Assembly: GCA_002688415.1 (NCBI GenBank)
Contig: NZCX01000030.1
Coordinates: 1,782-65,781, forward strand
DNA length: 64,000 nucleotides
Source of the DNA: Candidatus Pacearchaeota archaeon
GTDB taxonomy: Archaea; Nanobdellota; Nanobdellia; Pacearchaeales; GW2011-AR1
Direction of reading: 5' to 3'
The translations under genes and the position numbers were made by a program. Position 1 is the first letter of the stretch. The number at the start of each line of letters is the position of its first letter. The notes beneath the pieces were generated by a model. The model did no database searches, was not told where the DNA came from, and was given only the letters and a program-made list of their open reading frames with translations. Positions 45,329 through 53,520 of this stretch are shown in pieces.

Positions 45329-45760
45329 TTAAGCAGCATCATAGTCAGCATTAACTTCATCTGCGATTCTGGCCATATCGGGGTTGTCCCTTTTAATCAC
45401 TCTCCTTATCATGAATTCAGCCAAAATTTCCCCTCCATTTCTTCCAATTGTAGAAGTCTCTCGATCGGGGCATTCTTCAATTTCCCCAGAGTTCTCTAAG
45501 GTGTGTGCTAATAGTTGATAAAAGTTCCCAAATCCATGTTCTTGTTGAGAAATGACCACGGATTCCATAGCAACACAAGGACAGCCTTTTTTAGTACAAT
45601 GTGGCTCATACGATCTTTGCGCCCCACAAGAATCCACCACAAGCCTATTCCCTGTTTCAAAAAACCCACAGTCGATGTCTCTAACCGCTTGCAAAACTTC
45701 TTCCCTATCCCTATCTGAAGGAATAAGCATTAGGTAGTCACAAGAGGGTACTTTTTCCAT
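45329..45760 (-). CDS. Hypothetical Cys-rich protein (143 aa)
   Basis: Start moved to Met29 of the track ORF because TTTTTATA (plus 45789-45782) starts 29 nt before ATG 45760. Seven Cys including CTKKGCPC. No family recognised. Confidence 0.5.
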   Translation of the reverse strand: MEKVPSCDYLMLIPSDRDREEVLQAVRDIDCGFFETGNRLVVDSCGAQRSYEPHCTKKGCPCVAMESVVISQQEHGFGNFYQLLAHTLENSGEIEECPDRETSTIGRNGGEILAEFMIRRVIKRDNPDMARIADEVNADYDAA

Positions 45761-45880
45761 AAAATAAAAAGTTGTACAGGCTATAAAAACATTATTATTC
45801 TCAACTATATACCAAACAAACCCCAAACACCCATATCCCACCACGATAATAAATATAAAGAAACTATTACAATATTTATA

Positions 45881-46438
45881 ATGAGAGAATATAAGTGGAG
45901 CTTCAAATCAAATAAGCAGGAGAATAGGGTGAGAATGTGGGAAGCTAATAATTTGGATCTAGGAATTAATCAAAGAAATGAAGAAGGCACAAGGGGAAAT
46001 TATTATTCTGATGTTTCTGATTTAACAATTCTTTCAGGGATTTTAAGATATTGTCTTGATGAGGGTGTAGACTTAAAGAGTTATCTCTCCAAAAGTAAAA
46101 GTTTTAGGAGATTATTGAAAAAGGCGAGTATCCCTAAAGATATGAGCATGAGGCCGGTGTTCTACTCGCACTCAGCCCAAGATTTCGATAGAGGATTGGA
46201 ATTTAATGTTGGAGTTGAGAACAAGAACGGATCGCTCCATCTCAAAGGCATTCGTCCAAATGAAAAAGGAATACTTCTCCCTTCTGCCCAAGTCCCAAGA
46301 TTGTTGCATGGGATGGTTCATGTTAGAAATTATATAGGAGTTATAGGGGCCTTCAACAGATATTGCCATTTAATTAACACTTTTTTAGAAGATCCTGTTA
46401 ATGGAATACCCGGATTGAAAAATTTCGGAAGAGAATGA
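45881..46438 (+). CDS. Hypothetical protein
   Basis: 185-aa ORF. AATATAAA at 45852-45859 starts 29 nt before the ATG. No motif recognised. Confidence 0.55.
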   Translation: MREYKWSFKSNKQENRVRMWEANNLDLGINQRNEEGTRGNYYSDVSDLTILSGILRYCLDEGVDLKSYLSKSKSFRRLLKKASIPKDMSMRPVFYSHSAQDFDRGLEFNVGVENKNGSLHLKGIRPNEKGILLPSAQVPRLLHGMVHVRNYIGVIGAFNRYCHLINTFLEDPVNGIPGLKNFGRE

Positions 46439-46479
46439 CAAACAAATTCTTAAAAACCCTTCTTCCCTTCTAAAATCCA

Positions 46480-49347
46480 ATGAGTACCCATATCAAAAAG
46501 TTGGTGATGCACGGCTTCAAGTCTTTTGCAAGAAAAACAGAGATCCCATTTGAAGATTCTATGAACGTAATTGTTGGGCCAAACGGATCGGGAAAATCTA
46601 ACATTACCGACGCTCTTTGCTTCGTTTTAGGAAGAATAAGCATTAAATCAATCAGAGCGGCAAAGGCAGCAAACCTACTTTTCTCTGGAAACAAAACCTA
46701 CAAAGGAGCCCAAGAAGCCTCTGTAGAATTAATCTTTGACAACAAAGGAAAATCATTCACATTGGACACGCCAGAGGTATCAATAAAAAGAATTGTAAGG
46801 AAAAACGGTTCTTCAGTATACAAAATCAACAATGAAACCAAAACAAGGCAAGAATTATTAGAGCTTTTAGCTCAAGCGGGAATAGATCCCCATGGTTTTA
46901 ACATTGTTCTACAGGGAGAGATCCAATCCTTAGTTAAAGCAACAGCGGAGGAAAGAAGAAGAGTTCTAGAAGATGTAGCAGGGATCTCAATTTATGAAAC
47001 CAGAAAACACAAAGCACTAAGAGAGCTAGAAAAAACAGATGAAAAACTAAAGGAAGTGGCAGCTGTTCTAAGAGAAAGGAATTCTTACATGAAAAACCTA
47101 GAAAAAGAAAAACAGGAAGCATTATTATTCCAAAAACTAGATGAAACAATAAAGAGATCTAGGAAAACAATCTTAGCCTTAGGAAAAGCCGATAAAGAGA
47201 AAGACTTATGGGGAATAGACAAACTAATAGAAGAGGCCAACGTAGAAGTTAACAAGCTAAAAGATGAAATATCTAAGAAGAAAATAGGAGTAGAAGAACT
47301 AGAGGCGAAAATCAATAGTATAAATAAGAAAATCCAGGACTCAACGAGCAACGAAAAAGAGGACCTACATAACGAAATCAGTGAATTAAGAGCAGAATTA
47401 GCAGGCTTAGAGGTTAGAAAAGAAAACTTTGAACGAAGAGTAGATCAAAACAAACACAAAAATCTTGAGTTGGGTAAAAAACAAGGAGAACTAGAAGAAG
47501 AAATAAGTAAAATTCAAACAAAAACACCCGAGATAAAAGAAACCCAAAAGACTCAAAAAGATTTACAAGAAAAGTTCGATAAGTTAGAAGAAAGAAAAAG
47601 AAAATTCTACTTAATAAAATCAGAAATAGCACAATTAGAAAGCGTTAGAGAACAAGCAAACAAATTCTTAATTGAAAGCAAGAAAGAAATAGCTCTTATT
47701 GAAAGAAATGTAGAAACTCTCTTTAATGAAATCAAATTCGCCAAATCTCTTGATGCAGCTCAGAGGCTAAAGGCTGAAACAAAAGAGCAAGTTGGAAAAT
47801 TAAGAAGAGAAATGGAACATTTAGAAAGAGTCTCCTTAGAAAAAGAGCGAAGAAATGCTGTTCTTGAAGATGAAATCAAGCGAGAAGAGTCTTTGGTTGG
47901 ATCTATTTTAGATTTAAAGAATTGCCCTACTTGTAAACAAGTTGTTGGAGAAGATTATAAACAAACTATTCAAGGCGATTCGGGTGGGAAGATAAAGAAA
48001 GCTAAGAAAGAAAAAGAAGAAAACGAATCTATTAAGAACAAAACGAATGCAAGAATTGAAAACATCACACAAGAGCTTTTCCAATTGAATGAAACCTTAT
48101 CTGAAGTTGAAATTGATTCTATGAAAGTTAAGAATGCTGAAGAAAAGAAGATCCAGATTAAGAAAATAAGTGAAGAGCAGGCAGTATCAAGAGAAAACCT
48201 TACAAGTATAAACGCTAAACTTTCCAAATTGAACCAAGAATTTGAAGGCCTGAAAGGAATTGAAGAAGAATATGATGAAGTAAGAGTAAGAATACAAGAA
48301 CTTTCCTTTAAGGATCTTGATATAGATTCTGAAATTGGCTTAAAGCAAAAAGAGATTAATCGTTTGAACATTGAAAAGAAATCCTTAGTTAGAGATAGTG
48401 AAGAATCTCAAATTGAATTGAAGAAGGTTGTTGTCTTAATAGAAGAAAAGAAAGGAACACTTGAGAGAAAAGAGAAAAAAGAAGCTGAATTATATGAGAA
48501 GTTTGAGAAATTCTTTGATGAAAAAACAGAGTTAGGGGATAAACAGAAAGCTTTAGAGACAGACGTCATTGGTTTTGAGCACAACTTAAGGAGCTATGAA
48601 GAGAAAATAAATGAGAATAAGATAAAGAAGGCGCAGTTAAACGCACATATAGAATCTATTGAAGCTGAAATGAGAGTTTATTCTGATGTTGAAGTTTACA
48701 AGCTGAATGAATCGGAGGTTAAAGAAAGATTACAAAAAGCAGAGTTTAGGAAGTCGAGATTAGGAAGTGTTAATATGAGAGCAGTTGAGGTTTTTGACAA
48801 AGTTCAGGAACAAGTTCGATTGATCAAAGAAAAAGTTGAAGTTATTGAAGGCGAGAAAGAGAAGATTGAGAAGATCATTGCAGAAATTGATAAGAAGAAA
48901 AAGAAAGCTTTTATGACGACTTTAGAAGCTGTAAATACATATTTCACTCGTAACTTTTCACAATTATCTAGAAAAGGACAAATTAGTTTAGAACTTGAAG
49001 ATAAAAAAAATCCTTTTGAAGGAGGGTTGAATATTTTGGTTAGAGTTAATAGAGGAAAGTATTTCGACATCACAAGTTTAAGCGGAGGAGAAAAGACAAT
49101 GGTTGCACTATCTCTGATCTTCGCTATCCAAGAATACAAACCTTATTGTTTCTATATCTTCGATGAAATCGACGCTGCTCTGGACAAACACAATTCTGAA
49201 TTGTTGGCTGCCTTGATTAAGAAATACATGAAGACAGGACAATACATAATAGTTACACACAACGATACTTTGATTTCTGAGGCTAGTAATCTGTATGGGG
49301 TTTCAATGCAAGAGAATATTTCCAAGATTATTAGCTTGAAGGTGTAG
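46480..49347 (+). CDS. smc: SMC-type chromosome segregation ATPase, hinge-less, with central CxxC
   Basis: N-head MHGFKSF...GPNGSGKSNITDALCFVLG..S.K..RA....LLFSG. C-head LSGGEKTMVALSLIFAIQEYKPYCFYIFDEIDAALD...YIIVTHN. About 630 aa of uninterrupted coiled-coil-like sequence in between. 955 aa total. Confidence 0.9.
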   Translation: MSTHIKKLVMHGFKSFARKTEIPFEDSMNVIVGPNGSGKSNITDALCFVLGRISIKSIRAAKAANLLFSGNKTYKGAQEASVELIFDNKGKSFTLDTPEVSIKRIVRKNGSSVYKINNETKTRQELLELLAQAGIDPHGFNIVLQGEIQSLVKATAEERRRVLEDVAGISIYETRKHKALRELEKTDEKLKEVAAVLRERNSYMKNLEKEKQEALLFQKLDETIKRSRKTILALGKADKEKDLWGIDKLIEEANVEVNKLKDEISKKKIGVEELEAKINSINKKIQDSTSNEKEDLHNEISELRAELAGLEVRKENFERRVDQNKHKNLELGKKQGELEEEISKIQTKTPEIKETQKTQKDLQEKFDKLEERKRKFYLIKSEIAQLESVREQANKFLIESKKEIALIERNVETLFNEIKFAKSLDAAQRLKAETKEQVGKLRREMEHLERVSLEKERRNAVLEDEIKREESLVGSILDLKNCPTCKQVVGEDYKQTIQGDSGGKIKKAKKEKEENESIKNKTNARIENITQELFQLNETLSEVEIDSMKVKNAEEKKIQIKKISEEQAVSRENLTSINAKLSKLNQEFEGLKGIEEEYDEVRVRIQELSFKDLDIDSEIGLKQKEINRLNIEKKSLVRDSEESQIELKKVVVLIEEKKGTLERKEKKEAELYEKFEKFFDEKTELGDKQKALETDVIGFEHNLRSYEEKINENKIKKAQLNAHIESIEAEMRVYSDVEVYKLNESEVKERLQKAEFRKSRLGSVNMRAVEVFDKVQEQVRLIKEKVEVIEGEKEKIEKIIAEIDKKKKKAFMTTLEAVNTYFTRNFSQLSRKGQISLELEDKKNPFEGGLNILVRVNRGKYFDITSLSGGEKTMVALSLIFAIQEYKPYCFYIFDEIDAALDKHNSELLAALIKKYMKTGQYIIVTHNDTLISEASNLYGVSMQENISKIISLKV
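49264..49347 (+). repeat. Direct repeat copy 1: functional smc 3' end (last 27 codons plus stop)
   Basis: 74 of 84 nt identical to 52829-52912. The first 26 nt are identical. Confidence 0.95.
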
Positions 49348-49495
49348 ACGCTTTATCTATTACCTCTATGAGAATCACAAAAAAATCACGAGAATTCCCT
49401 TATCTTAAGGGTAATAATCATCGAGAGTATATAAAGCTTTGGTGCGTTTATCGACGGAGGGATAGATTTTTAAAGTATTTTGGGTTTTTTTAATT

Positions 49496-51244
49496 ATGAC
49501 AAGGAATATTCCAGATTATTCTAATTTTCAGTTCATAAAAGACATATGGCATTTCTTAAAATTTCGTAAAGGCAGATTTCTTTTTTTAACAATAATCCTG
49601 GCATTCGGGGCCTCTGCAGGATTAGTTGGTACAGTATACATTGCAAAAATAGTTGATCTATTTGTTAGTGGAAACGGAGGTTATAGTCTATTCTATAACT
49701 ACCTGGCAATTATAGTGGGCATTAGCGTTGGAGGGGCATTCCTTCAGCAGTATGGAAAACACAGCATGTATTTAATTTCTGCAGACATACAGAAAAACGC
49801 AAAAGTTGAAGCATTCAGGAAGTTGCTCCAGGGAGACTTAATATGGCACGAAGGCGAAAGCACGGGGGCAAAAATGGAAAAAATTGAAAATGGAGTAAAC
49901 AAACTTGGAGGACTTCTTGGACTCTGGAGAAGACGAGCAATTCATATAACTATTCAAATTTTAGGTATTATCGGAGTATTTGCATTTATTGATCTAAAAT
50001 ATGCAGCGATCGCATTAATCTATATGGTTGTTTACCTATTTTTAGAACTTAATTTAAATAAAAAACTAAGTGAAAGTACAAAAAGATTGAGAATAGCGAG
50101 GGAATCCTCTTCGGGGAAAGCATATGAATTCTCATCAAACATTAGTACGATTAAGGCTTTGGGTATGGAAAAAAGTTCAAGTAAGCATATTATGGAGAAA
50201 GAAAATGATGTGCTAAGAATGAAATATCTTCAAAGAAGGGCCATAACTTTCAAGTGGCTATCTATACAACTCGTCGCAAGTTTATTCTTTGGCCTATTCA
50301 TATTTCTAGTTGGGAAGGACATTTTAGCTGGAATTTTAACTGTTGGAATGATTGTTATCTACATTGATTACGTTAGGCGACTTACCAAGGCATTAAATCT
50401 AATCTCTGAAGAAGCAGATAGGCTAATTGAGATCAAATATGGAGTATTTAGAATGATGAAAATATTTAGAATGATTCCAGATATAAATGAAGATGACACA
50501 GGCCCGCTAAGAGAATGGAGAACTATCAAGATTAACAACCTCGGGTTCAGATACAGGGAAGATAAAATCCTGCAGGGATTCAATTTGGGTATAGCAAAGG
50601 GTGAAAAAATTGGAATAGTTGGGATGAGCGGAAGCGGGAAATCCACTTTATTTAAACTTTTATTAAAACTACATCTAGTAAAAGAAGGCGAGATTCTATT
50701 CGATAAGAAAAATATTGAAGACATAAGTAGAGACTCTCTCCTAAAGAAGATCTCTGTGGTTCCACAAGAAACCGAATTATTCAACTTGAGCCTTAGAGAG
50801 AATATAACTCTCTCCAAGAGTGGGAGATTTAACTTAGAAAAATACAAAAAAGCATTGGAGATAAGCCAAGTCTCAAAATTTATTCCAAAACTAAAAAATA
50901 AAGACCTTACTTTTGTAGGGGAGAAAGGTATACGCTTATCCGGTGGGGAGAAACAAAGAATTGGAATAGCAAGGGCAATATACAAAGATAGTGATATAAT
51001 TATCTTAGATGAATCAACTTCGAACCTGGACTACGCCAATGAACGTAGAATATTGGATGCCATTGATAAAAAACTCAAAAACAAGACATTAATCCTGGCC
51101 GCACATAGATTAACAACCCTGGAATCCATGGACAGAATTCTTTTTATTGAAGGGGGAAAAATTGTCGAGGAAGGAAGCTATAAGGAATTAATAGAAAAAA
51201 GAGGAAAGTTCTACAAACTATGGAAATCTCAGAAGAGAAGATAA
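49496..51244 (+). CDS. ABC exporter, fused permease-ATPase (second copy of this type in the window)
   Basis: TM-rich N-terminal half. Walker A GMSGSGKST, signature LSGGEKQR, Walker B IIILDESTSNLD. TTTTTAAA at 49467-49474 starts 29 nt before the ATG. Confidence 0.9.
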   Translation: MTRNIPDYSNFQFIKDIWHFLKFRKGRFLFLTIILAFGASAGLVGTVYIAKIVDLFVSGNGGYSLFYNYLAIIVGISVGGAFLQQYGKHSMYLISADIQKNAKVEAFRKLLQGDLIWHEGESTGAKMEKIENGVNKLGGLLGLWRRRAIHITIQILGIIGVFAFIDLKYAAIALIYMVVYLFLELNLNKKLSESTKRLRIARESSSGKAYEFSSNISTIKALGMEKSSSKHIMEKENDVLRMKYLQRRAITFKWLSIQLVASLFFGLFIFLVGKDILAGILTVGMIVIYIDYVRRLTKALNLISEEADRLIEIKYGVFRMMKIFRMIPDINEDDTGPLREWRTIKINNLGFRYREDKILQGFNLGIAKGEKIGIVGMSGSGKSTLFKLLLKLHLVKEGEILFDKKNIEDISRDSLLKKISVVPQETELFNLSLRENITLSKSGRFNLEKYKKALEISQVSKFIPKLKNKDLTFVGEKGIRLSGGEKQRIGIARAIYKDSDIIILDESTSNLDYANERRILDAIDKKLKNKTLILAAHRLTTLESMDRILFIEGGKIVEEGSYKELIEKRGKFYKLWKSQKRR

Positions 51245-51454
51245 TGAGAATAGAGTGTTTGAAGGTATGAATTTTACAGAACCAAAAGATTTTTAAGCAT
51301 GTTTCAATTATTCTTTTTATGACAGGTAAATGTCTCTGGCAATAGGTTTTCAGACTCTTTCTTAGCCTGTGCTTTATTATGTAATCCAAAGATTGACTTT
51401 TTTGAGAGTTCTTTTCTTTGGAAAACTAAATTTAAGCGAAAGCGGGAGGAAAAT

Positions 51455-52130
51455 ATGATGGAAAATCAATCCTATAATTTAGGGAAAACTTGTCGGTGGG
51501 GGGATACTGGAAGTTAAGAATTCAAAAGAATTTTTTGATACAAACCCTTCAGCGTTAGATCAGGTTTCTTCTACAATTTGCGAAGGGTTTGGCCGCCAAT
51601 TAGAAGCAGAGGATATTTATGAGCACATTACAACCCCAGAGAAGCTTCTTTTATTCCAAAGTCAAGGAATTATAAAAGGCATGGGGAGTTATACGACAAG
51701 AGTTTTAGAGAATGGATTAAGATATCTTGTGGTTGACGGAGTGGTTTTTGCTCCCGAACTTCAGAGGAAGGGACTTTTTTCAAAAATAACCAATGCGGCC
51801 CTTACAGGTTCAGAGGGTTTTGTTTGTCTTAGAACTCAGAACCCACGAATGTTCAGAGCATTAGAAAATCTTTGTTCTATAACCGTTGGCGCAAGGGAAA
51901 ATCTTCGAGGGATATTTGAAAAAGTTAGAGAAGATCTCGTAGACTATTTTGGTTGTGAAACAGACCCACTTGGAGTTATCAAAGGTTACTATGGTGGGCT
52001 CTTTTATGGAGAAAGGCCAGAGCATAAAGAAATAGATCCTTTGTTCTCTGAATTAGGAGTAGATCTTGACAAAGGTGATGCGCTTTTGGCAATCGGAGAT
52101 ATCAGGGTCTTTAACGGAATTGTAGCATAA
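51455..52130 (+). pseudogene. GNAT-family N-acetyltransferase interrupted by a +1 frameshift near its 5' end (or assembly error)
   Basis: GGGAGGA at 51444-51450 precedes ATGATG at 51455. That frame stops at 51515-51517. The frame of the 51681-52130 track ORF is open back to 51483 and reads GKLVGGGILEVKNSKEFF... The two frames join at an A4 (51485-51488) or G6 (51498-51503) run. GNAT motif A is PELQRKGLFSKI. Confidence 0.6.
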
Positions 52131-52136
52131 AGTAAA

Positions 52137-52808
52137 ATGGAAGAACCAAATATTGTTTATTGTTTGCATGGAAATGAGAAGTGTGGGCTAGAAGTTGCTA
52201 AAAGCCTGCCTTCCATTCCATCTTTTTTAGGAAATAAAAAGGCTTTCGAAGAGAATAAAAGATTTATTGAAGCGGACCTTAATAGAGTTTTTCCAGGAAA
52301 GAAAGATGGAAATTACGAAGAGAGAGCAGCCTATCAGTTATTAAAAAAGCTAAAAGATAGAAAATATGTTATAGATATCCATTCTTCTTCCAATAAATGT
52401 CCTTTGTTCGGAATTATTACTTCTCCAAATAGGGAAAAGATTGAATTTGCAAAAAAACTTGGTCTAAAGAGGTTGGTGATTATGCCTCCCTCCTTTGCCA
52501 AAAAACGAGCTTTGATAGATTTTGTTGAAATAGGAATCAGCCTTGAAATCGGACCGCATAACAGACAAGAAAATGTAACAGAAATCTTGGGGAAAATACA
52601 GAATTTTGTCGAAGGGCAAACGTGTTTAGATGAAATGGAAATCTTTGAAGTTTTTGATGTGATTCGTAGATCTGAAACGGACTTAAATTTAGAGAATTTT
52701 GATTTTGTTGAGAGAGATTCGGTGAAAGATTATGGCTTTACTGCTGTGTTGGTTAATGAAGATTCTTATGGAGACATATTATGCCTGGCGGCTAGAAGGA
52801 TTAGTTAA
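52137..52808 (+). CDS. Succinylglutamate desuccinylase / aspartoacylase (AstE-AspA) family zinc hydrolase
   Basis: CLHGNEKCG, DLNRVFPG, E..A and IDIHSS match the family's ligand pattern. Confidence 0.7.
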   Translation: MEEPNIVYCLHGNEKCGLEVAKSLPSIPSFLGNKKAFEENKRFIEADLNRVFPGKKDGNYEERAAYQLLKKLKDRKYVIDIHSSSNKCPLFGIITSPNREKIEFAKKLGLKRLVIMPPSFAKKRALIDFVEIGISLEIGPHNRQENVTEILGKIQNFVEGQTCLDEMEIFEVFDVIRRSETDLNLENFDFVERDSVKDYGFTAVLVNEDSYGDILCLAARRIS

Positions 52809-52828
52809 CGAATTATTATGATTGGGAA

Positions 52829-52912
52829 GATACTTTGATTTCTGAGGCTAGTAACTTGTATGGGGTTTCAATGCAAGAAAACATTAGCAAGATAATTAGC
52901 TTGAAGGTCTAA
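52829..52912 (+). repeat. Direct repeat copy 2: orphan smc 3'-end fragment (27 codons plus stop, no upstream ORF)
   Basis: Encodes the identical peptide DTLISEASNLYGVSMQENISKIISLKV*. It has 10 nt changes relative to copy 1, all synonymous. The in-frame upstream sequence hits a stop at 52802-52804. Confidence 0.95.
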
Positions 52913-53196
52913 AACCAAATCTTTTCTTTTGTCTCCACAAACAAAAACCTTTTTTCTCTGATGGTATGGCTAACAACTAATCCTAATCCAAAAGAAACTA
53001 ATCCTAATGAAAATATAAAAATACTTACAACAAAACAACCAAGACCAACGCAACTATGATGCAATCTTGTATGTTTAATTTTTAACCCGATTTCTTTTTT
53101 CTGTATTTTACTCCTAAATCTCTCAAGAAATGCTAAGCTCAAATCTCCAAAAATACCTAGCACAAAAAAGACAGCAAAAACATAGTACCAATACAT
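52909..53196 (-). CDS. Small membrane protein (95 aa)
   Basis: Two clear hydrophobic helices; a basic loop. Confidence 0.5.
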   Translation of the reverse strand: MYWYYVFAVFFVLGIFGDLSLAFLERFRSKIQKKEIGLKIKHTRLHHSCVGLGCFVVSIFIFSLGLVSFGLGLVVSHTIREKRFLFVETKEKIWF

Positions 53197-53339
53197 AATT
53201 TCATCAGGAAAACAAGGTATTTATGTTTTACGCAATAAACAAACCCTTTATAAAGACCGTCGACAAATTTAAAATTCACAAACCCATAGCTTTTTATACT
53301 CAAATTTCGCACTAGTTTCATAATAATAACAGATTGTTA

Positions 53340-53510
53340 TGTTGGAGAGTCCTTGGGTTTTGAACCTTTAGGGGCTCATGACTCAAGAAATTTAATTCTT
53401 GATATTACAAACCTGACGAGGTAATAATACGAACTAAGAGGTACCGTAAACGGACTCACTGAAAACTGAGTAAGAAATCTCATTGAGATATGAAACCGTC
53501 GGTACACACA
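53340..53510 (+). promoter_or_regulatory. Long structured 5' leader of the DEAD-box helicase gene
   Basis: The nearest TATA-like elements (TTTATAAA at 53247-53254; TTTTATAC at 53293-53300) lie at least 220 nt before ATG 53521. Local hairpins: TCAAGAA/TTCTTGA (53383-53402), CCG-TAAA-CGG (53444-53453), ACTCA/TGAGT (53454-53471), ATCTC/GAGAT (53477-53489). Possible long-range pairs: GAGTCC (53346) with GGACTC (53452), and GTACCG (53441) with CGGTAC (53500). Confidence 0.4.
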
Positions 53511-53520
53511 AATATTCACA

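Noticed and set aside
46480-49347. Alternative call of this gene as Rad50, because of the central CxxC
   Set aside because: Head motifs (FKSF, GPNGSGKSN, LLFSG, FDEIDAALD, LYGVSM) are SMC-type. No mre11 is adjacent, and a ScpA kleisin gene is present in the window. It is therefore called SMC, with the hook reported as the anomaly.
51144-51389. 81-aa minus-strand ORF downstream of the second ABC exporter
   Set aside because: It overlaps the exporter's 3' end, has no promoter-spacing support, and has implausible composition.
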